A stretch of DNA of 64,000 nucleotides from Candidatus Giovannonibacteria bacterium (GCA_016176295.1 JACOXN010000008.1:4638-68637), one strand, 5' to 3'. Positions 19,578 through 30,243 are shown, counted from the first letter of the stretch. The notes: generated by a model not told the origin, from the letters alone. Numbers and translations: made by a program.

Positions 19578-22181
19578 ATGAACTTAGCTTGGCACTCGAG
19601 AACACTCGAAGACATCGGCCGCGAACTGAAAACAGACCTCACAAACGGTCTCTCGCTCAAAGAAGCCGAGACCAGGATGACTTCTTTTGGGAAAAATACT
19701 CTCCCCACCGGAAAAAAACTCGCGTGGTGGCAACTTTTTTTGGGACAATTTAAAAACCCGCTCGTTACAATTCTTTTGATTGCCGCGGGTCTCACTTACT
19801 TGCTGGAGGAGTACCTGGATACAACAGTCATTGTTTTGGCAGTCCTCGTCAATGTTTTTATAGGCTTCTGGCAAGAATTTCGCTCCAATACTATCTTTGA
19901 AAAACTGCAGAAACTGATGCAAGTGAGCGCAGAAGTCTTAAGAGACGGCGAAATGCGCGAAATAAGCGCAACGGAAGTGGTGCCTGGCGATATCGTTCTG
20001 CTCCGCACCGGGGTCAAAATTCCTGCAGATATCAGACTTATTTTTGTAAAGGATCTGGAAATAAATGAAGCTCTATTAACAGGTGAATCTATTGCGGTAA
20101 AAAAGTCCGTCGCAGATCTTCCGGAAAAAACAACGCTTGCAGACAGAACCAATATGGCACACACGGGTACCGTGGTGGAACGCGGTGAAGGCAAAGGAAT
20201 TGTCGTAGCAACCGGAGAAAAAACCGAACTGGGGCAAATAGCAAAACTAACAGCTTCCGTGGAAGACGCCCCCACTCCTCTTCAGGAACGACTTTCTCAT
20301 CTCGGAAAGATAATTTCGCTTTTTGTGGTCGCTGCAGCCGCCCTAATACTTATAACTGAACTTTGGGAAAAAAGGGGGTTCGTCGACTCATTCACCGTGG
20401 CTGTAGCTATCGCTGTTGCCGCGATTCCCGAAGGTCTGCCCGCCGCCCTTTCGGTAGTGCTTGCGGTTTCCTCTCAAAGAATTTTAAATAAAAAAGGGTT
20501 GGTAAAAACTCTTTTGGGGGCTGAAACTTTAGGATCTACAACTGTAATCTGCACAGACAAAACCGGCACCATGACGGAAGGGATAATGAAAGTGGAAAAA
20601 ATTGTCGAATCTGACGATGAAGAAAAAACAAATCTGGCACTTGCCTTAGCCAACGAAGCGTTCATTGTGGATCAAAAATTTAAAGGGGAAGCTACCGATA
20701 TCGCAAAACTTGAATATTTTGCCGCAAAAGGCGGCGATTTTAAAAAAATCTCTCTAGAGCTACCCCGGCTTGAGCTGATGCCCTTCAATCAGGATCTTAA
20801 ATATATTGCGTCTTTCCACAAACTGGTAAACGATAAAATAAAAATTTTTGTAAGCGGCGCCCCCGAACGTCTTCTTGGATTAGCAGACTCCGAAAAGGAA
20901 AAAAAAGAAAAAATCTCAGCCACTATTGATGAGCTTGCCAAACAAGGCTACAGGCTTATCGGAACAGCGGAAAAAACTATTACCAGCGCCGACTTTGCTG
21001 GAAAAAACGAAGAAAATTTAAGAAATCTTATAACCGGACTTTCCTTCACTGGAATCGCAGCGATCAGAGATCCGATCAGACCGGATGTTAAGCAATCCAT
21101 AACCGAAACAAAAAGAGCCGGCATACGGACAATAATGATAACCGGCGACCACAAATTCACTGCTACCGCCATAGGAAAGGATGTCGGTTTTAAAATCGGA
21201 ACCAATTCCGTGATCGAGGGAGACGAACTCGACCACTGGAGCGATGCCGAACTTACTCAAAGGATCGGAACAATAGAAATAATCGCCCGGGCCACCCCAA
21301 AGCACAAAATGAAAATAATAGATGCTTTAAGAATAGCGGGTGAAGTTGTCGCAATGACCGGCGACGGCGTAAACGACGCGCCGGCTCTGAAAGCCGCGGA
21401 CGTTGGAGTCGCGCTTGGCGCGGGCACAGATGTTACAAAGGAAGCCGCTGACCTAGTGCTGTTGAATGACAGCTTTTCCACTATTACTGCTGCGGTAAAA
21501 CAAGGCCGTATTGCTTTTGATAATATCAGAAAAGTTGTCGTTTTTCTCCTCGCCAATTCTTTCACGGAGCTTATTCTGGTACTCACGGCGCTCATATTGC
21601 GCATACCGCTTCCAATAACCGCAGTGCAGATCCTCTGGGCTAACCTTGTGGAAGACGGCTTGCCAAACTTTGCGCTTGCTTTCGAACCAGGCACAAACGA
21701 TGTTATGGAAAGAAAACCGTTCAGGAGAAAAGAACCCATTCTTGATAAAGAAGGTTTATATATGGTTTATGCCGTAGGTATTCTTACCGATATATTTCTG
21801 GTTGGTCTGTACCTGATGCTTTATTACGCCGGCAGTTATACAATTGAGCATATACAAACAATAATGTTTGCGGCTGTAGCCAGCGACTCCTTAATTTATG
21901 TTTTTTCTATAAAGAACCTGAAAATCTCGATCTTCAGGACTAAGATATTTAACAACCTATATCTGGTTTTTGCGGTTGCGGCCGGTTTCATTCTTATTAT
22001 TGCCTCGATTTATGTACCCTTCTTAAGCCGATTTCTTGAAACCGTGCCATTAGGGCTGTTTGAGATCTCACTGGTTGCGGCTTCCGGTATCACAAGACTC
22101 ATGCTGATAGAGCTCACAAAATGGTGGTTTAGGAGAAAAGATAAAATCGCCTCTCCTGCGGTTTTGCAGCCGGCGAATTAA
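19578..22181 (+). CDS. Cation-transporting P-type ATPase (type II, Ca2+-like)
   Basis: TGES, IPEGL, DKTGT, TGDH, GDGVNDAPAL, QILWANL. Confidence 0.92.
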   Translation: MNLAWHSRTLEDIGRELKTDLTNGLSLKEAETRMTSFGKNTLPTGKKLAWWQLFLGQFKNPLVTILLIAAGLTYLLEEYLDTTVIVLAVLVNVFIGFWQEFRSNTIFEKLQKLMQVSAEVLRDGEMREISATEVVPGDIVLLRTGVKIPADIRLIFVKDLEINEALLTGESIAVKKSVADLPEKTTLADRTNMAHTGTVVERGEGKGIVVATGEKTELGQIAKLTASVEDAPTPLQERLSHLGKIISLFVVAAAALILITELWEKRGFVDSFTVAVAIAVAAIPEGLPAALSVVLAVSSQRILNKKGLVKTLLGAETLGSTTVICTDKTGTMTEGIMKVEKIVESDDEEKTNLALALANEAFIVDQKFKGEATDIAKLEYFAAKGGDFKKISLELPRLELMPFNQDLKYIASFHKLVNDKIKIFVSGAPERLLGLADSEKEKKEKISATIDELAKQGYRLIGTAEKTITSADFAGKNEENLRNLITGLSFTGIAAIRDPIRPDVKQSITETKRAGIRTIMITGDHKFTATAIGKDVGFKIGTNSVIEGDELDHWSDAELTQRIGTIEIIARATPKHKMKIIDALRIAGEVVAMTGDGVNDAPALKAADVGVALGAGTDVTKEAADLVLLNDSFSTITAAVKQGRIAFDNIRKVVVFLLANSFTELILVLTALILRIPLPITAVQILWANLVEDGLPNFALAFEPGTNDVMERKPFRRKEPILDKEGLYMVYAVGILTDIFLVGLYLMLYYAGSYTIEHIQTIMFAAVASDSLIYVFSIKNLKISIFRTKIFNNLYLVFAVAAGFILIIASIYVPFLSRFLETVPLGLFEISLVAASGITRLMLIELTKWWFRRKDKIASPAVLQPAN

Positions 22182-22199
22182 TAGATTAAAATAAAAGAT

Positions 22200-22373
22200 A
22201 TGGAAACAATAACAGAAAAAATCGAAAAGTGCGCAAAATGCGGCAAAGAGAAAAAAGCAAGCGAAGGGGTCTATATACTTGAGGGCTCCACGTTCTGCTG
22301 CAAAGAGTGCTGCGGCGACCCGTCCAAGAACGAGCACAAGGAAAAGAAATCCAACGTCTGCGAATTTTGCTAG
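22200..22373 (+). CDS. Cys-rich small protein, metallothionein/Zn-finger-like (57 aa; not in ORF track)
   Basis: METITEKIEKCAKCGKEKKASEGVYILEGSTFCCKECCGDPSKNEHKEKKSNVCEFC. Confidence 0.75.
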   Translation: METITEKIEKCAKCGKEKKASEGVYILEGSTFCCKECCGDPSKNEHKEKKSNVCEFC

Positions 22374-22400
22374 CCAGGCGGAAAAAGAAAAAAACTAACC

Positions 22401-23639
22401 TTAACGGGTTAGTTTTTTGATGGCTTCGAACCGGGCCAAAGGCGCCGGGTGGCTGTAATGCATGAAAACATACAGGGGATGCGGCGTAAGGTTGGAAAGC
22501 GTATCCTTACCTAATTTTTTGAGGCAGCTTATCATCTCGTCGGCCAGGCCGACTTTTCTTATCGAATACTCGTCCGCTTCATACTCGAACTTGCGCGACG
22601 CCATGTTCTTCAATGCCGACAGCACTTGGCTGATCACGGAATAGACTATGGACATCAGCACCAAGCCCGCGTAGACGGAGAAATTTTCCACTCTGAAAGC
22701 CGCAAAGAACCCCAAGCTCCCCAGCAAGAAAGAAAGCAGGTAGAGTTCAATGCCGAACTCTACGATGCCGGAAACCAGCATGTAGGTAACGTGCCTTTTT
22801 TTGCAATGGCCGATTTCGTGCCCCAAAACGGCGAGTATTTCCTTCACAGTGTACCCGGAAACCAACGTGTCAAAAAGAGCTATTCTTTTGGTCTTGCCGA
22901 ATCCGGTGAAAAAAGCGTTGGATTTGCTGGAACGGCGTGAACCGTCAATAACATAAATTCCGGATATCGGAAATTGAAGTTTCTGAGAGAGAAGGTAAAT
23001 TTCGCTTTTTAGCTCACCGTCCTCCAAAGGCGTGAACTTAAAAAAAAGCGGATAGAGCAAGACCGGCGCTATAAAATAAATGAATAGCATTACGACCGTG
23101 GCAAAGACCCAGGCGTAAAGCCAGGCCAAAACTCCCGCCCACATAAAGAAAGCCAAGACCGCGGCCAATATCGGTCCCCCGACGAGCGCTGCAAGCGCGA
23201 TGCTTTTTAAAATATCAAGAATGAAAGTTCCTGCGGTCGTCCGATTGAATCCGAATTTTTCCTCGATAACGAACGTGCTGTATATCCCGAAAGGAAGAGA
23301 GAGCAGCATGCTTCCCAAAGCGAGGGCACCGATGTAAAGGAGCCCCGTAACCAAATCGCCGAAACCCCATGCCCTAAGATAAATGTCGAGCCAATTGAAT
23401 CCTCCGGCAAACCAGAAGAAAAGAAGAACCGCGAAACTGAAAGCTTCTTCGACCATGCCGAACTTGGTCCTCACTGACGTGTACTCCTGTGTTTTGCGGT
23501 AAGTATCCGCATCGTATTCGCCGGCAAACTCCGGCGGCAAGCCCGCTTTCGAAGCGGTCATATTCAGGTCATCCGCGATGAAATTCACGATGATCCTTAA
23601 AAGCAGAAAAAATAGGATGATTTCTCCGAACAAATTCAT
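22401..23639 (-). CDS. M48 (Ste24/CAAX-type) metallopeptidase
   Basis: SNAFFTG, AVLGHEIGH, EYEAD, YSHP. Confidence 0.92.
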   Translation of the reverse strand: MNLFGEIILFFLLLRIIVNFIADDLNMTASKAGLPPEFAGEYDADTYRKTQEYTSVRTKFGMVEEAFSFAVLLFFWFAGGFNWLDIYLRAWGFGDLVTGLLYIGALALGSMLLSLPFGIYSTFVIEEKFGFNRTTAGTFILDILKSIALAALVGGPILAAVLAFFMWAGVLAWLYAWVFATVVMLFIYFIAPVLLYPLFFKFTPLEDGELKSEIYLLSQKLQFPISGIYVIDGSRRSSKSNAFFTGFGKTKRIALFDTLVSGYTVKEILAVLGHEIGHCKKRHVTYMLVSGIVEFGIELYLLSFLLGSLGFFAAFRVENFSVYAGLVLMSIVYSVISQVLSALKNMASRKFEYEADEYSIRKVGLADEMISCLKKLGKDTLSNLTPHPLYVFMHYSHPAPLARFEAIKKLTR

Positions 23640-23695
23640 AGGTTTCCTTTCATAATCTCAATCGAATATACAAGAAACAATGCTCGTAATCAAGC

Positions 23696-24013
23696 TTACT
23701 TAAGCCCTTTAATATCGGGCCGCTTGGCTTTAATTTCTTTTCGCAAAGTCTCGTCTGCCAGCATATTAAAACCGAATGAATCAAGTTTTGATTGTATTTC
23801 ATCTTTAGTCCCATGCTCCACCAGAAAATGTCGCATGGAATCCCTCTCTTCGATAGTAATACCCCTCTCGTCCCCTATTAAATATTTTTGCCATTTTTCT
23901 TTTGCCGCTTCGCGGAACCATTTGCCAAAACTTTCATCATTCTCTTCATACGGAAGCTCCGGCATATTTTCCTGCATTTCCGACAAGTCCTGTTTTTTCG
24001 GCTCTTTTTCCAT
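23696..24013 (-). CDS. Hypothetical protein
   Basis: 105-aa ORF downstream of tRNA-Leu, no recognised motif. Confidence 0.6.
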   Translation of the reverse strand: MEKEPKKQDLSEMQENMPELPYEENDESFGKWFREAAKEKWQKYLIGDERGITIEERDSMRHFLVEHGTKDEIQSKLDSFGFNMLADETLRKEIKAKRPDIKGLK

Positions 24014-24035
24014 AAGCGATAAAAATAAAATTGTC

Positions 24036-24120
24036 TGGTGCCCCCGAGAGGATTTGAACCTCTACGCCTTTCGGCAATCGATCTTAAGTCGATCGCGTCT
24101 GCCAGTTCCGCCACGGGGGC
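24036..24120 (-). tRNA. tRNA-Leu(TAA)
   Basis: ATCGA-CTTAAGA-TCGAT anticodon arm, variable arm, CCA. Confidence 0.95.
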
Positions 24121-24121
24121 A

Positions 24122-24196
24122 TGGAGGCACGGGCGGGAATTGAACCCGCGTATAAGGGTTTTGCAGACCCTTGCCTTACCACTTGGCTACCGTGCC
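24122..24196 (-). tRNA. tRNA-Cys(GCA)
   Basis: AGGGT-CTGCAAA-ACCCT anticodon arm, U73 discriminator, CCA. Confidence 0.95.
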
Positions 24197-24538
24197 TTAT
24201 TCTTCATTCTCTACGTTTTTGAGGAGTTTTTCAAGATTTACCCTGTTCTCCATCGAATTATCCGGGAGAAAATTTATTTTCGGTATCTTTCGCGATTTGA
24301 GCTTGGACGAAATATATTTTCTGGCTTCTTTTTCGGATTTTTTAAGCGAGCGGGCCACTTCCGCGGTTTTCTCTTTCGGGAACACCGAAACGAAAATATT
24401 GGCCATGTCTCCGGCCGAGGTCAGCCGGACATCGGTTACCGACAAAAAAACTCCTTCATCCCTCACAAAATCCCGTTCAAGAAAATAAGCAAGCTCGCGC
24501 TTGAGGAAAGAAATGAACCTTTCATTGTGATACGCCAT
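24197..24538 (-). CDS. rbfA: Ribosome-binding factor A
   Basis: SVTDVRLT...ANIFVS...RKIPKINF.PD; follows infB. Confidence 0.85.
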   Translation of the reverse strand: MAYHNERFISFLKRELAYFLERDFVRDEGVFLSVTDVRLTSAGDMANIFVSVFPKEKTAEVARSLKKSEKEARKYISSKLKSRKIPKINFLPDNSMENRVNLEKLLKNVENEE

Positions 24539-24542
24539 TTGT

Positions 24543-26060
24543 TTACGCCTGATGAACTACTTCCAAAAATACTTCCAGTATGTCACCTGCGACCAAAGTT
24601 GAAGTAGAGCTCACGAGCGCGCCGAATTCATCCGGGGAAGATACCTCATCCATGTTCGCTTTGTTGCTCTGCAGATTTTCGAATTTACCCTCGCCCACCT
24701 TGTTTTCCCTCCTCAGCACCACGAACCTGCTGCCTTTCTTTATTACTCCTTCGAAAACTCTTCCTCCCACTACTTTTTTCTTCCCGCTATCTTTGAATAT
24801 CTTGGCGATCTTGGCCCGGCCCGATATTTTTACCTCTATTTTTACGGGGAGCATTGTTTTTATCTCAGCCCTTAAAAAATCCACGGCATCATAAATAATG
24901 TCAAAAGATGCTATTTTGATGCTTATCTTCTCCGCCAATTCCCTGGCTCCCCCGCTTACGGGAGCGCGGAAAGACAAAACCAAAGGGTGAAGCGCGCTGG
25001 AGGCAAGCTTGATATCGTCTTCCGAAACCTCGCCGGCAGCCGAGCGCAAAAATTTTATCTGCAAACCGGGCATTTTCAGCTTTTCCGCTTCGTATTTCAA
25101 AGCTTCTACCGAACCCTCGGTATCGCCCTTAATTACGAGACAGATAACGGTTTCGTCCGCGGAGTGAGCCGCGTCCCCGATGGTTTTTACTTCTTTTTTT
25201 GCTTCTTCCACGAACTTTCTCTGGGCGTCCAGCGCGTCCTTTTGCGAAAAATAGGAGCGGAATCCCGAACCGATGAGCGGAAGCTTGTCGAAACCCACCA
25301 CGGCAACCGGTGAAGACGGGCCTGCGAATTCAACCGGAGAACCTTTGTAATCTTCCATTATTCTTGTTTTTGCGAGCGCATGGCCGGCGAGCACGTATTC
25401 GCTTTTCTTCAATGTACCAGCGCGCACCAAAAGCGTCGCCGCTATCCCCCGCTTTGAGTCCAAATGCGATTCTATTACTACGCCCTCTGCGAAACCGGAA
25501 GGACGGGCTTTCAACTCTTCAAGATCCGAAAGCAAAAGCAATGTTTCCAATAGCTGGTCGATGCCCGTTCCCGCTTTGGCCGAAACCGGAACCCAGGGCA
25601 CGTTGCCGCCGCGCCCTTCAAGATAAATATTCTGCTCCCCCAATTCCCGGGCCACGCGCTCGGGGTCAGCGGCGGGCTTATCCATTTTGTTCACCGCGAC
25701 CACGAACGGGATTCCGGCCTGATTTATCGCCGCTATCGCTTCCTTGGTCTGCGGTTTTACTCCGTCGTCCGCGGCCACCACCAATATGGCAAGGTCTGCG
25801 ACTTTCGCGCCCCTCGAACGCATCTTTGAAAAAGATTCATGGCCGGGCGTATCCAAAAAAGTTATTTTTCTCTCGCCGTGCACAACTTCATAAGCGCCGA
25901 TATGCTGCGTAATGCCGCCCGACTCTTTGGCGGTAACGTTGGATTTGCGTATAAAATCCAAAAGAGTTGTTTTCCCATGGTCAATATGCCCCATCACCAC
26001 CACAACCGGAGGCCTTGGAACTTGTTCGGTATTTGTTTGTATTTTGGTATCCTGCGGCAT
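24543..26060 (-). CDS. infB: Translation initiation factor IF-2 (lacks long N-terminal extension)
   Basis: [35 protein letters not shown]. Confidence 0.96.
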   Translation of the reverse strand: MPQDTKIQTNTEQVPRPPVVVVMGHIDHGKTTLLDFIRKSNVTAKESGGITQHIGAYEVVHGERKITFLDTPGHESFSKMRSRGAKVADLAILVVAADDGVKPQTKEAIAAINQAGIPFVVAVNKMDKPAADPERVARELGEQNIYLEGRGGNVPWVPVSAKAGTGIDQLLETLLLLSDLEELKARPSGFAEGVVIESHLDSKRGIAATLLVRAGTLKKSEYVLAGHALAKTRIMEDYKGSPVEFAGPSSPVAVVGFDKLPLIGSGFRSYFSQKDALDAQRKFVEEAKKEVKTIGDAAHSADETVICLVIKGDTEGSVEALKYEAEKLKMPGLQIKFLRSAAGEVSEDDIKLASSALHPLVLSFRAPVSGGARELAEKISIKIASFDIIYDAVDFLRAEIKTMLPVKIEVKISGRAKIAKIFKDSGKKKVVGGRVFEGVIKKGSRFVVLRRENKVGEGKFENLQSNKANMDEVSSPDEFGALVSSTSTLVAGDILEVFLEVVHQA

Positions 26061-26134
26061 AAAAATTGCTAAAAAATCCTAAGATTTCGGATATATTAGA
26101 AGCTGCTTCGAATTTAGGATTTTGAATTTAGTGT

Positions 26135-26608
26135 TTACTTGACTGCTTCTTCTATAGCCTTTTCTTCCTCTTCGGTCAACTGATATTTTGAGCGGCCGCC
26201 GTCTATGGGCTTCGCAAACATCCTGTTTATGGAACGTCCGTAAAGCGAAGAAACCACGATGCCGTTCTTTTGTTTGTTTAGAAGCGCCAAAGCGAAGCTC
26301 TGATCTCCGCCCGAATCCGAGAAAGGGTTGTGTCTCACCAATCCCACGCGGCTTAGGTCTTTCACAGCCCCTTCTTCAAGAGATTTTATGCGGTCTTTGG
26401 CTATGGTCACTTCCTGGAGGTGAAGGTCTTGGTTGTTCCTAAGGTCCCGCAGCACCGCCTCGATGCTCGCCTGCTCCCCGCGGAAAATATTCTTTATACG
26501 TTTTCTTAACATAAAAACCGCCGCAGCAAGAGCGATGTTCACCGCAAGCAGCGCTATAAAAAAATAAAAGCCGTAGGCGGCGAATGTTGAGTTAAATGAA
26601 GCGAACAT
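26135..26608 (-). CDS. DUF4446-like membrane-anchored protein
   Basis: VGLVRHNPFSDSGGDQSFALALL..GIVVSSL..R...AKP...S.Y.LT.EE. Confidence 0.8.
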   Translation of the reverse strand: MFASFNSTFAAYGFYFFIALLAVNIALAAAVFMLRKRIKNIFRGEQASIEAVLRDLRNNQDLHLQEVTIAKDRIKSLEEGAVKDLSRVGLVRHNPFSDSGGDQSFALALLNKQKNGIVVSSLYGRSINRMFAKPIDGGRSKYQLTEEEEKAIEEAVK

Positions 26609-26727
26609 GCCTAAAGTTTAGCATATTCATGCCATTTTCACCAATAAACATTATTCTCTAAATTGGAAACCCTTTTGGGGATCGGCCCAGCGGGCTGAAA
26701 AACAAAAAATTTAAGGAGGATCGGGTA

Positions 26728-27942
26728 ATGAGTAAAATTTTTGGCGCCTTATTTCTGGCATGTTTCTTTGCCGGCGTGGCATCATTCGCCGAGGGGCAGG
26801 TCGTAAACGGCAGTTTTGAATCGGCGGGTTCCGGAAGCCTGGCCTCGGGATGGCAAGTCCTGGGAAACAGCTACACACGAGTGAACTCCCCGAATGTTTG
26901 GGACCAGCTATGGATGATACGCGTAAACAGCGGAGCGGGAGCGGTACAAAAAGTAACGCTCAACCAGACAACGGCTCTCCCCGTGAGCATTACAGTAGCA
27001 GTGAAAGGGCAAAATATTGCTGACGACCCCGGCGACAAGATGGGCGCGAGTCTCGACTGCAAAATAGCTTACAGGGACGGCAGTTTCGCCTGGTGCCCCA
27101 TAACGCTCAAAACCAAGAGCGTGGGCACCTTCGACTGGAAGTGGGTCGGATATAACTCGAAAAATCTTTCGAGCTCCACCCAGCCTATAGACTGGATAGA
27201 GGTAAGGCTCCGGATGGGAAACGTTGCCGGGCAGGCCTGGTTCGATGACGTACACGTAGAACAATGGAACCCGACACAGAACGGGCTGGTGACGCTCATG
27301 TTCGACGATTCTCTTCTTACGACCTACATGAAAGCTTTCCCGCTCTTGAGTTCGCACGGATTTGCGGGCACTTCGGCGGCGGTATCTTCTTACATAGATT
27401 CGGATAGCGACCACATGACCTTATCGCAGCTTCGGGAACTGGAAGCCGCCGGCTGGAGCGTAGTTTCGCACACCGTAACCCACGCTGATCTGACAGCAGT
27501 CGATGTCACGCACTTAAACGACGAACTTTATTTCAGCCATAAATATCTGGTGGACAACGGTTTTACCGTAAAGCATCTGGCTCTGCCTTTCGGAGCGTAC
27601 AACGCCCTGGTTTTCGGAAGAGCGCAGGAAGAGCGTTACGCCGGACTGGACTATGAGTCGGTAAGGACTTCGGACCGCGGCTTTAATCCGCAAGGAGTTT
27701 TTCCGTACAATATCCGCGTGCAGGGAGTAATTTCCAGCACCACGCTCGCAGAATTTAAATCCTGGCTCAACACCGCGAAAGCGACAAAATCATGGCTGGT
27801 TCTCATCTTGCACGAAATCGACAGGCCAAATGATATTTATACCGTGACCTCCGGCATGTTGAGCGACATGGCGCAAGCTATAGCCGATTCCGGCCTGCCC
27901 GTTGTCACCTATGACGACGGATTCCATGCAATGACCCAGTAG
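26728..27942 (+). CDS. Secreted polysaccharide deacetylase (NodB fold) with N-terminal carbohydrate-binding-like domain
   Basis: Signal peptide, NGSFE..WFDDV CBM-like, LMFDD, SHTVTH, PFG, LILH. Confidence 0.8.
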   Translation: MSKIFGALFLACFFAGVASFAEGQVVNGSFESAGSGSLASGWQVLGNSYTRVNSPNVWDQLWMIRVNSGAGAVQKVTLNQTTALPVSITVAVKGQNIADDPGDKMGASLDCKIAYRDGSFAWCPITLKTKSVGTFDWKWVGYNSKNLSSSTQPIDWIEVRLRMGNVAGQAWFDDVHVEQWNPTQNGLVTLMFDDSLLTTYMKAFPLLSSHGFAGTSAAVSSYIDSDSDHMTLSQLRELEAAGWSVVSHTVTHADLTAVDVTHLNDELYFSHKYLVDNGFTVKHLALPFGAYNALVFGRAQEERYAGLDYESVRTSDRGFNPQGVFPYNIRVQGVISSTTLAEFKSWLNTAKATKSWLVLILHEIDRPNDIYTVTSGMLSDMAQAIADSGLPVVTYDDGFHAMTQ

Positions 27943-28003
27943 TTTGTTCCTTAAAACAGTTCTTTCCGAGTATTTTAGCAATTATAGCCGCTCATCACAG
28001 CGG

Positions 28004-28921
28004 CTATTTTTTTAAATATAGTTCGACGGTATGCCGCGCATTGGGTTCCAAATCCAGTTCCTGGAGCGCGTACCTGGCGGGCGTCCAGATAAATTCTTCC
28101 GCTTCGTCATTCAACCTGACATTTTTAGCGGCAACTTTGACCACCTTGTCCACAAAAATGTGCTGCACCGCGCCTTCGTAGTATCCGGAGTTCTCTATCT
28201 GGTCGAAAGTGCATATATGCCTTTCTATTTTCGCGCGCAAGCCAGTTTCTTCAAGTACTTCTCTGGCGAGAGCGTCCGACAATCGCTCGCGGCGCCGGAC
28301 CTTGCCTCCCACTATGGAATATCTTCCGCCCCATTTGTGGGTTTTAACCAAAAGTATTTCTTTTTCCTGAGGGTACCCCGGATCATCGTATTCAATAATT
28401 CCACCTACGGCTACCAGTGAACCCGGCAAAATAAGTTCCTCCCATAATCGGTGTATCTTTTTTTCATCCGGATGGATTTGCGGCGAAGGAAGCTGCTGTT
28501 TCTCAAATATACATTCTGCGAGAGACTCAGCTTCCCAGACGCTGTTATTATGAAAATATCCAGGATGGTCGGCCGGCCGCTCCAGAAAAAAACAGGGTAC
28601 ATTGGAAGCCTGTGCGATACCCAGCTCGTAAGAAGCGCTTTTCCCGATGTAGCCCTCCGGATTTACGAAATAACTGAAACCATTCTCCCCTAAGCTTTTC
28701 AAATGATGCAAATACATAAGCTCCGTCATACGCGGGTCTTCCGCTTCATCGCTCTCCAAGATGGTAAAACCGTCGCGAACTTCTTTGATTTCGGAAAGTT
28801 GCGGAGCGACCACTTCTATCCCCGCTCTGCTGAAAATTCCGTGGACGCGTTTTATCTCGTCAAAGTGTTTCCGGAAACTTCCGTGCAGCACGCATTTGAA
28901 TTTTACGGCTTTGTTTTCCAT
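28004..28921 (-). CDS. Nucleoside-deoxyribosyltransferase-like domain fused to NUDIX hydrolase
   Basis: N-terminal GSFRK...NPEGYIGKSASYELGIA; Nudix box GGKV...ALAREVLEETGL. Confidence 0.75.
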   Translation of the reverse strand: MENKAVKFKCVLHGSFRKHFDEIKRVHGIFSRAGIEVVAPQLSEIKEVRDGFTILESDEAEDPRMTELMYLHHLKSLGENGFSYFVNPEGYIGKSASYELGIAQASNVPCFFLERPADHPGYFHNNSVWEAESLAECIFEKQQLPSPQIHPDEKKIHRLWEELILPGSLVAVGGIIEYDDPGYPQEKEILLVKTHKWGGRYSIVGGKVRRRERLSDALAREVLEETGLRAKIERHICTFDQIENSGYYEGAVQHIFVDKVVKVAAKNVRLNDEAEEFIWTPARYALQELDLEPNARHTVELYLKK

Positions 28922-29407
28922 TTAATTTCTTTGCCACTCGGTTTTAATCCCTTTTCTTTGGTTCTCCGCCATTGCTAGCTCGTCATAAATACCGTCGATA
29001 AGCTGATAGGTTTTGGCCTCTGCGAGCGATACCCAGCGGAAATCGTCGGTTTCCTCCGGCTGAAGCGCCACTTCCCCGGATCCGTAGTCGGCCATACAGG
29101 AAATGACAAGCGAAGGATACCCGTCGCCGTGGACGGTGGCGAGACTGGTCACGTAAGTTATATTCTCAATATCCAAACCGACCTCTTCTTTCACTTCGCG
29201 GCGCAAAACTTTCTCGAGCACGTTGTACCAATAATCGGCCGTTTCTTTGGGCATGTTAATGTAGTCATCGGTTTCCAACTTTCCGCCGGGCACGGTCCAC
29301 ATGCCGGGAAAGCGTTTTTTGGCGGCCGAACGCCGGGTTATCAGATACTTCCCGTCTTTGACGATAATTGCGGTCACAACCACCTCATGCAAATATTTGT
29401 TTTCCAT
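28922..29407 (-). CDS. NUDIX hydrolase
   Basis: WTVPGGKLE-(insertion)-LRREVKEEVGL. Confidence 0.85.
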   Translation of the reverse strand: MENKYLHEVVVTAIIVKDGKYLITRRSAAKKRFPGMWTVPGGKLETDDYINMPKETADYWYNVLEKVLRREVKEEVGLDIENITYVTSLATVHGDGYPSLVISCMADYGSGEVALQPEETDDFRWVSLAEAKTYQLIDGIYDELAMAENQRKGIKTEWQRN

Positions 29408-29531
29408 AATTTGATGGTACAAAAAACCCACCTGTCTTTCCAGTGTCCACAGATAACAATAAATATATATTGACAAACGATAAGCCGTCGCTTATGCTCT
29501 AACTATTACTGCAAATAACCAAAAATCACCA

Positions 29532-30029
29532 ATGAAAAAAAGCTCAACGGTATTTCTTCAGGCAGTCATTGTGCTCATCGGTATCGTGGCGCTGGCCATC
29601 ATGGTCCGGTTTCCCTTGACCGAGGGAAGAGCCGCAAACTTAGACCTGTTCAGTATTTACGCTGATCCGTTCTTGGTGTATGGATATCTAGCATCTATCG
29701 CTTTTTTTGTTGCTTTATATCAGGCGTTCAAATTACTCGGATACATCGGACAAAATAAAGTATTCTCGCTAGACTCTGTGAAAGCTTTAAGGAATATAAA
29801 ATATTGCGCAATCATATTATGCATCTTAATTGTGATAGCGGCAATATACATCAGGATATCTTGTTGCACAGTAGCTGAAGTAGATGGTGGAGACGATCCG
29901 GCTGGTTTTATTGCCATAAGTATTGTAGCTACTTTTATTTCTATCGTAATTGCAACTGCGGCCGGTGTTTTTGAAAAACTTTTGCAAAAAGCCGTGGATA
30001 TCAAGTCCGAGAACGATTTAACCGTGTAA
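29532..30029 (+). CDS. DUF2975-family membrane protein
   Basis: 4 TM; VFS..SVKALR.IK, LLQKAVDIKSENDLTV terminus. Confidence 0.88.
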   Translation: MKKSSTVFLQAVIVLIGIVALAIMVRFPLTEGRAANLDLFSIYADPFLVYGYLASIAFFVALYQAFKLLGYIGQNKVFSLDSVKALRNIKYCAIILCILIVIAAIYIRISCCTVAEVDGGDDPAGFIAISIVATFISIVIATAAGVFEKLLQKAVDIKSENDLTV

Positions 30030-30039
30030 CGAAACCAAT

Positions 30040-30243
30040 ATGGCAATCATAATTAATATCGACGTCATGTTGGCTAAAAGGAAAATGAGCGTCACTGAAC
30101 TTGCCCTAAAAGTCGGCATCACAATGGCCAATATCTCTATATTGAAAAACAGAAAGGCAAAAGCAATCCGCTTTTCAACCTTGGGAGCAATCTGCAAGGC
30201 ATTAGAATGCCAGCCCGGAGATATTTTGGAATATAAAAAGTAG
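30040..30243 (+). CDS. Cro/C1-type HTH regulator (YozG-like)
   Basis: IDVMLAKRKMSVTELA..VGIT.ANISILK..KAKAIRFSTL.AIC.ALECQPGDIL. Confidence 0.9.
   Translation: MAIIINIDVMLAKRKMSVTELALKVGITMANISILKNRKAKAIRFSTLGAICKALECQPGDILEYKK

Noticed and set aside
24038..24607. 189-aa plus-strand ORF and similar long antisense ORFs across the window
   Set aside because: They are shadows of tRNAs or of well-supported opposite-strand genes and show no motifs of their own.
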